43,942 bases of DNA from Paraspadella gotoi (taxonomy: Eukaryota > Animalia > Chaetognatha), in assembly GCA_051294375.1 (NCBI GenBank), contig JBJCIZ010000451.1:1-43942 (forward strand), read 5' to 3'. The translations under genes and the position numbers were made by a program. The notes beneath the pieces were generated by a model. It ran no database searches, was not told the origin of the DNA, and saw only the letters and a list, made by a program, of their open reading frames with translations. Shown here in pieces: positions 1 through 8,990 of the stretch. Positions within the stretch are counted from its first letter, which is position 1; each line of letters opens with the position of its first letter.

Positions 1-454
1 AAGCAGAGAGATACTCATGTTCGCAGCTCGGAATTTACGATTCCATCGAAACTTAATATCCAAGCTCAATCACACACTTACGTAATCCTCACACCGACAA
101 TATTTCATTTAAATCCAATCGCATCCAATAGGGAGTATTGGTGTTTTTTGCTAAGGTGGGACGGACGGATCGGACGTATGTGTGTACGGAAGACGGACGC
201 GAGCAGACGGACAGACGAACCGGACGGACGGACGGAGACGGACGGAACGGACGGACGTGACAGACGGACGACGGAGCGGACGGACATCAATTTTTTTTTT
301 TTGCATAATTTAATCATAATTCGATGTTCTGACATGATGATAAGTGGATATAAAGTGTGGTGCCGACAATATTGAGGGGGGCGGACCGGACGGACCGACC
401 AAAGTGAGTTATAGAGTCGGAATCTGCTGAATGAACCTAGATCCACTAAAAAAA
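1..454 (+). mobile_element. Helentron/HINE (DINE-1-like) non-autonomous element end with GGAC microsatellite and terminal hairpin
   Basis: A GGAC/GACG microsatellite at ~158-285 is followed by ...ggaccgaccaaagtgagttatagagtcggaatctgctga...agatccactaaaaaaa. Combined with the inverted copy at 13845-13890, the end reads as the palindrome AGTCGGATCTGCT-gat-AGCAGATCCGACT followed by an A-run. Related copies lie at 6030-6495, 20420-20930 and 30400-30900. The family is assigned from architecture only. Confidence 0.6.
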
Positions 455-1269
455 GTATCTTAAATTTGATTTTAGCAATCACAGTACGCATTTCCCTTTC
501 TGTGATAAAGATAAGATAATTTTTATATATATATTAATAAGTTTCAACATAAAAATTGTACGGACAACGTCCACTACGATTATATCTATTTTACTGCTGA
601 AAAAAGAATGTTAAAAAAAAGAAAAATTATTTTAGCTACTTCCAAATTGTAGTAATTATTCGACAACATCAATATCACATTTAGCCATGAAAAGTGTTTC
701 TAAGATATTTTTAATCGATATGCTCTCTTGATTAAAAGCTTGCGCTTAATAATCAATGTCGAATCTTTAGGAAAACTTAAGTTTAAAAAAAAGTGTCACG
801 CTCGATGTATCATTTTCCCCATGTGGCATTGTCAACGTTCCATCTCCTCATCTATTGTCCTCCAATCTCTAATTGTCCTCAAACAAGACTGTCCTTTTTT
901 CAAATTGCTTTGTGTGGAAACCCTCTCTCTCTCTCTCTCTCCCTCTCCTCTCTCTCTTTTTCACTTTAAAAACAACTGAAAATTATTTAATTTCGGCGCT
1001 GAAGAGACTTACAAATAAGTCTAAGACATGTACATTTGGGGCTGCAAGTCGTTTCGAAAACTAAGAGTCATTAGATTATAACTTGGTAATCTGTGAAAGG
1101 AGATTGCGAAATTTAGACCGAAATCCAAAATTTCATGTAAATCGGGACGGACGGTTCAAAGTAATGGTCGGCAGAAAAAAGACCGCGAAAACGCTGTCTG
1201 CCGTCGGGATCACCTCGCTCTATTTAACGCGATTTCCGTTTGGTTTCTAATAAAGAATAGTACTCACTA

Positions 1270-4200
1270 CGTAGTTCAAATCATTAGAACGCCGAATTTA
1301 GCCTAAGCGTGCGATGACGTGATCCGGCCTTCATAAAATTAATTTTATTAACCTGCGACCTCGACGAAGGAGTATAACCAATTAATGTAAAAACTAAATA
1401 GAGAGGTAATCATGACATGTTTTATACAAATTTATGGTAATACAGTAAACTCAAAAAAAAGTATGGCAAAAAATTATAGGCCAAGAAAAAAACTAAAATT
1501 TAAGTAAGAAATGGCGGCAGTCGCCCAGAGGAGGAACGGCTCACCGTGATTAATTTTGAGCAATGGTGCACGATTTGGTGTGATAGTAGAGAATCAACCT
1601 ATTACTTTTTATAGACTAATTGCATATTGCCGTATTTATTCTGAATAACAAGAGACCATGCGCTGATTATTGAATTTGAAAGATTTGCTAGATATGGCGT
1701 AGGCTAATTAAATATTATATATATGCACAAAATTGCACATGTTATTGAATTGTAAAATATTAGTTAGGGAGCTATTTTAATGTCTCTTATAACGGCTAGA
1801 TATATTGGATAGGATTCGTCTTTGAATTTGCTGTGGCGTAAACCAAAAAAGGAGTCGAATCCGGATCTCGACGATTGAACAGTGTAAAGCGAGGTTCTCC
1901 GTGAATGGATCCACGGCAGACGACGTTGGATGGCGCGGCTCACTTTGGCAACAAGCAGCTGGGGCTCTCTTCGCAGATACTGTCAGACACTGACTCACGA
2001 ATTGCCGTCGGAGGAATCCGCGGTCGGTTTTCCATAGTCCCTAGGAGGATGGCTTAGTAACACACGGATTTTCAAATGGGAGTGGAATGAAGGGTCAATA
2101 ACTGTAACCTAATTATTTATTTATAGCAACTTCAGGTTTGGACCTGATTAAAAAATCGCTAAAAGTTTTTTTTATTTTTCAACTCCCAGTGGTCCAGTTT
2201 GCTTACTTTCTTAGTTATGTGATCATCAATAGAATGGTCGAATTTCAAAAAAGCACTTTTTTTTAATTTGAAAAGGACCTTCCTGTTAAAAAATATATTT
2301 TTATAAAAAAAAATTAAAATATTGGTTCAACTTATAGGTTCAGAACCTTCAGAAAAATATTGCAAAAAAAACTGCTGGAAGGCAAGCGCACCAGTTGCTA
2401 TGTTAAGGACTTTTTTAGCTAATAAAATAAATAAATATTAATCACAGTCAGTCAGTTNNNNNNNNNNATAATTCTTTTCATTTCACTCCCATTTGAAATC
2501 CGTGTACGTTATTGAAATGAACTNNNNNNNNNNTGTTTCTTATATTTACTACCATTTCTGAAGGTTTCTAACACACATCACATGAGGATTATATCATCAT
2601 TTCATTATTAACTTGGGCGTTCTGGAGAAAAGGAATTTTGTGCCGAGGCTAGAATATGAACAATACCAAATAAACTGGAAATTAATCAATTAACCAAAAC
2701 ATTTTGCCCGATGTCTAACTCTGAAGCAACCTGCAGCTTGGGTCATCTGCCCAGGCCCAGATCGAGCACAGTCACTAACAATCATGTACTATTCACAAAT
2801 TAACAAACTTGAAACATGTGAATGTTAAATTGTTNNNNNNNNNNTTTCTTTGAATTAAAACAAATGGCCTTAAGCCACATTTACCAAGGCGTAATTCATT
2901 AAACATTTCCCAATCAGAAAAGATATAGATAAGCTTTGAAGATTGATTAAGACTTGTTCTTGATTAAACCTTTGTTGTAATTGAGATCAGCGCATTCGGA
3001 TTCGCCTATATATTGTCAAAAATAATTATAGAATAAAAAAAGGGATTTCACTTGATGCAATAGAAGTAAACATTGATTTAAGTATTTATTACCTTAACAT
3101 TTGCAAACAAGTTTTTTCAGACATAGGCTCAAATCATTTGATTCTCTGTATAGTGTGGCCGAGCATTTTGAGTGTTGGTTGATAGATTTGATGTCGTCAT
3201 CCTTAAATTTAATAAATGTGTAGCAATAAATCAAGATAATGTAAAGCGGTTGAACTGCATTATTATTTTTAACAAATTATCAATTCATTCATATTTTATA
3301 TATAATTTTAATAAAAGACTTGATAAACAATTCATGCATCACGCATAAGTATCACAATTAGACAAGTTGGNNNNNNNNNNATATGCCTTTTTTTACCTTT
3401 GATTTATGATCTTGAACTTCCAGGTTATGTAACATAGAAATATAAAGGGTCTCGTGGGACTAGAGCCAAACTTTGTCAATGGGGTGGGTTTGATTGGAAT
3501 CTTCCAAAATGAAATCTACATTTCTGAGAAATACTCAAGGACCCAATATTCTAAAATGGTATTAGTAATTAATTTTTTAATATTTATTTATAGATAGGAA
3601 TTGTCCAAAAATTTTTTTGGAATTTTGTATTTTTAAAGCAGATTCAGATAGCTNNNNNNNNNNTGTCTTCACAAAGTATAATTTTTTTTACAATATTTTT
3701 ATGATAAGCGGGTCAAAATTTGGAANNNNNNNNNNAAATCATCCTCATCATTATCCGATAATTTTAGTAGTTTTTGTTAATTTTCAGTGATAAAATATCA
3801 AAATTTTAATAAGTTGTAATTATATTTTTTGCTNNNNNNNNNNAGCTCTATCAGAATCAATTAAAAAACTTAAAATATCCCCAAAAAATTTTTTACATTA
3901 TGTAACAAAATAATAATTTTAATTAGCGGATTACTCATGGTTCGGAACATTTTTGCTAAAAAATATTTTTCATCTTTAAATTAATAAATGTGTAGCAATA
4001 AATCAAGGATAATGTAAAGCGGTTGACTGCATTATTATTTTTAACAAATTATCAATTCATTCATATTTTATATATAATTTTAATAAAAGACTTGATAAAC
4101 AATTCATGCATTCACGCATTAGTATCACAATTAGACAAGTGGCAACAAATTCATATGCCTTTTTTTACCTTTGATTTATGATCTTGACTTCCAGGTTATG

Positions 4201-5900
4201 TAACATAGAAATATAAAGGGTCTCGTGGGACTAGAGCCAAACTTTGTCAATGGGGTGGGTCAAAGTTTGATTGGAATCTTCCAAAATGAAACTTATACAT
4301 TTCTGAGAAAACTTCAAGGACAAATTCTAAAATGGTTAGATCATATGTAATTAATTTTTAATATATATTTATAGATGGAATTGTCCAAAATTTTTTTGGA
4401 ATTTTGTATTTTAAGCAGATTCAGATAGCTTATAAAAAGTTGTCTTCACAAAGTATAATTTTTTTACAATATTTTTATGATAACGGGTCAAAATTTGGAA
4501 AAACCTGAAAAAATCATCCTCATCATTATCCGATAATTTTAGTAGTTTTTGTTATTTTCAGTGATAAAATATCAAAATTTTAATAAGTTGTAATTATATT
4601 TTTTGCTTAACTTTTTGAGCTCTATCAGAATCAATTAAAAAACTTAAAATATCCCAAAAAATTTTTTACATTATGTAAAAAATAATAATTTTAATTAGCG
4701 GATTACTCATGGTTCGGAACATTTTTGCTAAAAAATTTTTAACACAATAACTAATACCAATAATGGATTTCNNNNNNNNNNNNNNNNNNNNNNNNNGTTA
4801 AATACTGTTCCCATTAAAATTTGAATTTGGTCGGCTCCTTGGGACAGCCTCATTCTGCAAATAACAAGTTTGAGCAAACTCATCTTTAAATTAATAAATT
4901 GTAGCAATAAATCAAGGATAATGTAAAGCGGATTGACTGCATTATTATTTTTAACAAATTATCAATTCATTCATATTTTATATATAATTTTAATAAAAGA
5001 ACTTGATAAACAATTCATGCATTCACGCATTAGTATCACAATTAGACAAGTGGCAACAAATTCATATGCCTTTTTTTACCTTTGATTTATGATCTTGACT
5101 TCCAGGTTATGTAACATAGAAATATAAAGGGTCTCGTGGGACTAGAGCCAAACTTTGTCAATGGGGTGGGTCAAAGTTTGATTGGAATCTTCCAAAATGA
5201 AACTTATACATTTCTGAGAAAACTTCAAGGACAAATTCTAAAATGGTTAGATCATATGTAATTAATTTTTAATATATATTTATAGATGGAATTGTCCAAA
5301 ATTTTTTTGGAATTTTGTATTTTAAGCAGATTCAGATAGCTTATAAAAAGTTGTCTTCACAAAGTATAATTTTTTTACAATATTTTTATGATAACGGGTC
5401 AAAATTTGGAAAAACCTGAAAAAATCATCCTCATCATTATCCGATAATTTTAGTAGTTTTTGTTATTTTCAGTGATAAAATATCAAAATTTTAATAAGTT
5501 GTAATTATATTTTTTGCTTAACTTTTTGAGCTCTATCAGAATCAATTAAAAAACTTAAAATATCCCAAAAAATTTTTTACATTATGTAAAAAATAATAAT
5601 TTTAATTAGCGGATTACTCATGGTTCGGAACATTTTTGCTAAAAAATATTTTAACACAATAACATAAACCAATAATGGATTCGTTAAATACTGTCCCATT
5701 AAAATTTGAATTTGGTCGGCTCCTTGGACAGCCTCATTCTGCAAATAAAAGTTTGAGCAAACAATGTCGCGAATTTCACGCGATAATTAAGCAGTAAGCA
5801 GCAAATCAGATCAGATGATAAATAATAGAATCTTTNNNNNNNNNNNNNNNNNNNNNNNNNTTTTATTATATTTTACTATCAATAGTCATAATTTATAATT
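1270..5900 (+). CDS. Multi-exon protein-coding gene of unknown function with micro-introns (frameshifted by sequence errors; ends approximate)
   Basis: Unedited open stretches: 5130-5257 GLVGLEPNFVNGVGQSLIGIFQNETYTFLRKLQGQILKWLDH, bounded by GT-AG segments 5106-5129 and 5258-5285; and ~4011-4160 NVKRLTALLFLTNYQFIHILYIILIKDLINNSCIHALVSQLDKWQQIHMP. A two-copy consensus with indel correction also gives ...EEERLTLINFEQW...LLHIAVFILNNRDHALIIELKDLLDM... and ...GAILMSLITARYIDRIRLEFAAKQK...FAQAAGALFQILQTLTHELPSEES...PGGCL. No family recognised. Confidence 0.65.
2063..2504. mobile_element. MITE with ~30 bp terminal inverted repeats and TA target-site duplication (Tc1/mariner-type)
   Basis: Left end cacggattttcaaatgggagtggaatgaag (2063-2092) is the near reverse complement of right end ttcatttcactcccatttgaaatccgtg (2477-2504). 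TA follows the right end (2505-2506), and TA precedes the left end in copy 2 (17941-17942). The interior is AT-rich and non-coding. Confidence 0.8.
3198..5760 (+). repeat. Tandem triplication of a ~770-910 bp block (units start at 3198, 3971 and 4881); probable assembly artefact
   Basis: Each unit begins catc(c/t)ttaaatt(t)aataaat..gtagcaataaatcaag. Units differ mainly by indels and N runs. The second genomic copy (about 19199-20160) carries the block once. Confidence 0.9.
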
Positions 5901-6029
5901 TTTAATTCTTACTAGACTTCTTTTTTCTTAATAATTAATGGATTTTTGAATTAATAAATGTCGTTTTGATGGTATAATTTTTTTTCTTTTTTTAAAGAAA
6001 AAGTAAATGTGACTTTTTTACATTTAGTC

Positions 6030-6495
6030 TGTTCTACTCGCACGATTCCATCAAAACTGTTTAACCAGCTCAATCACACTCGCACAAAATTTCATCTCAA
6101 TCCATTCATCAAATTATGAATAATTGGAATAATTTTGAGAAAAAATAAGTAAAAATATTCAGGTAAATGTGTTTTTAGGATTCCTTGAAACTTCATATAC
6201 AGCTCAATCACACACTTTCCTACTGACATACCAAATTTTATCTCAATCCATCCAGTCATGAGTAATAATAATAATAATTCGAAAGTGGATGGATGGAGGG
6301 ACGGTTGAACAGACGACCAGACATTTTATTTGCATAATTNNNNNNNNNNCGATGTTCTGACATGATTCAAGTGAATGATCGATAAAATTGTGGGGGCGGA
6401 CCGACTGACCGACAGTAGATTATAGAGTCAGAATCTGCGAAAAACAAGAACCAGGAAACTACCCCGTGTCCTTTCGCGAGTGACACCAAAAAAGA
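6030..6495 (+). mobile_element. Diverged copy of the HINE-like family plus GTGTC..GACAC hairpin motif
   Basis: Shares cgattccatc..aaact..cagctcaatcacac, ttgcataatt..cgatgttctgacatgat and ggggcggaccga..ccgac..ttatagagtc with 1-454. The cagctcaatcacac..atctcaatccat subunit occurs twice. It ends gtgtcctttcgcgagtgacaccaaaaaag. Confidence 0.65.
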
Positions 6496-6559
6496 ATGAT
6501 TTTAATTTTTTTCCTCCCATCTTACAGCAACGTTTATTAATTTAATATTTACTTATATG

Positions 6560-8830
6560 TACTTCTGTACAAAGACCTTTTATAAAGATCATGAATTTCA
6601 TTTTGAATAAACTTCTTTTTAAAAAAAAAATATTACTCATTAAATACTCAAAAGTATTAAAATCTAATTACATCATTCAATAAAGCATTATATGGGAATA
6701 CTTATGATGTAAAATAATTATTCAAGATAATCGAAAACATGCACAGAACAGCATTTTTTAATGGGGCAAATTGTGCAAAGAAAACTTCAAAGAATTTAAT
6801 ATAAGTTTGTGAACAAGCATTTTATTTTTCATATACAGACATGTTTCGAGTCTTCATCTGCGCTTGAAACTGTTTTGATTATTCAAGGGAAATTTGTGTT
6901 AAAGAAAAAAAAATATTACTCAAAAATGTTACGATAATTAAGATATTTGACTGAAGAATTGTAAAGGACTTTTTATGATATAAAATGTTTCTTCCCTGTA
7001 ATCAAGAACATGCTTAGAATTTATTTTTTTGTTAATTATATTATTTTGCACAAAAAATTTAACTTCCAAAAGTAAATAAGTAAAACTAAAGGAAACATTT
7101 AAACAATAAATGTTCAGTAACTTTCTAACAAATGATGTACTTATTAATTATCTTTATNNNNNNNNNNAAGTTTTGCAAGGATTTTAGGGGGGTAACTTGC
7201 GAACGGACACGTAATNNNNNNNNNNTGCGCCACATAAATTTATTTTTAAAATGAATACATTTTAACATGTTTACGTGACCGCACCTTTATGAAAATCATG
7301 TATATTTACATTTCATGGTATGTCACCTTAGTACCAAGATACTGTATATGTTGCATATGTTCACCTCGCCTATAAGCATGATACCTCTGTTGTGACCCGG
7401 TGGTTCATTGAGTAAAGCCATCAGCTCCTGCCCACTAGGTTCCGGGCTCAATTCCAACCCGGTACCTACCCTGTGGGAAGCGTGAGACGCCGGAAAAGAC
7501 TTGAGGCTTGGATGTCCGGTTGTAAACAATTTCGAAATCAACAGATAGAAAAAACATCGAATACAAGAGAAGTCCGTTCGCGAGTGATACCAAAAATAGT
7601 GACAAGAGTTTCAATATCTAATAAAGTTAATTCATAATACACATTATTATTTTACCGGTGTCCCCAAGGACTGTATAAGAAAAGCTACTGCCTAGANNNN
7701 NNNNNNNNNNNNNNNNNNNNNNNNNNNNNNNNNNNNNNNNNNNNNNNNNNNNNNNNNNNNNNNNNNNNNNNNNNNNNNNNNNNNNNNNNNNNNNNNNNNN
7801 NNNTGGACCATTTTATAGGATACCTAAATTTTAAAAATTGAACCAAGCAAACTCCTGTATTTGTTACATAAAACAAATGGTATAAAATTTTTTTCAGTCA
7901 TTTTTTAAAAAAAATTATTAAATTATATATTTTTTAATATTTACCAAATATTTTTTATAATATTGATTAAATAATNNNNNNNNNNTTTTCTTTAGATGCA
8001 GGACAGTAAGAAACTAACTTATATTTTTAGCTCCAGAGCTCTTATAATGCAGTAATAATTATTTTTAAAATTTTCAACTTACCTTGTTCATTAGAGTGGA
8101 GCACTGGGGAACATAAATTTTATTNNNNNNNNNNNNNNNNNNNNNNNNNNNNNNNNNNNNNNNNNNNNNNNNNNNNNNNNNNNNNNNNNNNNNNNNNNNN
8201 NNNNNNNNNNNNNNNNNNNNNNNNNNNNNNNNNNNNNNNNNNNNNNNNNNNNNNNNNNNNNNNNNNNNNNNNNNNNNNNNNNNNNNNNNNNNNNNNNNNN
8301 NNNNNNNNNNNNAAAGTTAGATCAAAAATATAAAATATGTTATCAAAAATTTTAATGTCTTCAGCGTCAAAAATAAAAAAAGGTCAAATTCTCTACTTTT
8401 TTACACTTTGTAGTNNNNNNNNNNNNNNNNNNNNNNNNNNNNNNNNNNNNNNNNNNNNNNNNNNNNNNNNNNNNNNNNNNNNNNNNNNNNNNNNNNNNNN
8501 NNNNNNNNNNNNNNNNNNNNNNNNNNNNNNNNNNNNNNNNNNNNNNNNNNNNNNNNNNNNNNNNNNNNNNNNNNNNNNNNNNNNNNNNNNNNNNNNNNNN
8601 NNNNNNNNNNNNNNNNNNNNNNNNNNNNNNNNNNNNNNNNNNNNNNNNNNNNNNNNNNNNNNNNNNNNNNNNNNNNNNNNNNNNNNNNNNNNNNNNNNNN
8701 NNNNNNNNNNNNNNNNNNNNNNNNNNNNNNNNNNNNNNNNNNNNNNNNNTTACTTTTTCAATTGATTTAATAATAATTTATTGAATAAAAAGCAACAATT
8801 TTGTTCTGGCTTAGTGATTCAATTGCTCAC
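6560..8830 (+). CDS. Possible continuation of the + strand micro-intron gene (or a second gene), interrupted by gaps and repeats
   Basis: A textbook 25-nt intron gtaagaaactaacttatatttttag lies at 8006-8030. Removing it gives the open frame RCRT|LQSSYNAVIIIFKIFNLPCSLEWSTGNINFI. Other short open stretches occur near 6565-6660 and 7805-7905. Boundaries are unknown. Confidence 0.35.
7181..7597. repeat. Pair of inverted ~28 bp GTGTCCGTTCGCGAGTGACACCAAAAA-family motifs flanking ~415 bp
   Basis: attttagggggggtaacttgcgaacggacac (7181-7210) versus gtccgttcgcgagtgataccaaaaat (7572-7597). The same motif occurs at 6466-6493 and, reversed, at 42177-42205. Confidence 0.55.
7394..7560 (+). mobile_element. 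tRNA-derived SINE-like element (degenerate tRNA head)
   Basis: gacccgg followed by an A-box-like tggttcattgag (7401-7412) and a B-box-like ggctcaattcc (7445-7455) at tRNA spacing, then ccggtac. It forms a GC-rich island in AT-rich DNA. The cloverleaf is imperfect, so it is not called a tRNA gene. Noisy copy at ~21916-22120. Confidence 0.45.
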
Positions 8831-8933
8831 AACTTCAAATAATATAATTTAAATATTAAATNNNNNNNNNNATTTTAATCAACTTTTAGATTTTTTAAAT
8901 ATTTGTTTNNNNNNNNNNATTAATGCACTTATT

Positions 8934-8990
8934 TTATTCAAATTGCAATTTTGTAGGATTGAACCACGAACCTTCGGGGTCAATCCCATT
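8934..8990 (-). CDS. 3' end of the - strand gene (truncated copy of 23665-23724)
   Basis: Reads NGIDPEGSWFNPTKLQFE* with AATAAA overlapping the stop. Sequence beyond 8990 switches abruptly to unrelated GC-rich sequence. Confidence 0.5.
   Translation of the reverse strand, partial: NGIDPEGSWFNPTKLQFE

Larger units (their letters stand above)
1038..8990 (+). repeat. Copy 1 of a ~7-8 kb direct duplication (copy 2 at 16871-23724)
   Basis: Colinear from ggggctgcaagtcgtt (1038 / 16871) to gaaccttcggggtcaatcccatt (8990 / 23724). Differences are mostly single-base indels. Confidence 0.95.

Noticed and set aside
105-491. Arg/Ser/Pro/Val-rich ORFs here and at 13901-14291
   Set aside because: They are translations of the GGAC/GTCC microsatellite, which lacks stop codons.
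2550-5700. Alternative genetic code (TAA/TAG read as Gln) to explain in-frame stops
   Set aside because: TGA stops also interrupt the frames, the copies disagree at some stop positions, and strand choice, micro-introns and indel errors explain the stops.
1777-5740. A - strand gene model (ORF 1777-1998 ending RYKRH; apparent exons 3093-3201 and 5670-5738 with AG/GT ends)
   Set aside because: Neighbouring candidate exons hit stops in every - frame across several copies. The + strand gives longer uninterrupted frames bounded by consistent micro-introns. These are most likely antisense shadows.
7685-8765. ORFs spanning N runs (also 42930-43885)
   Set aside because: Their length is produced by gap characters.
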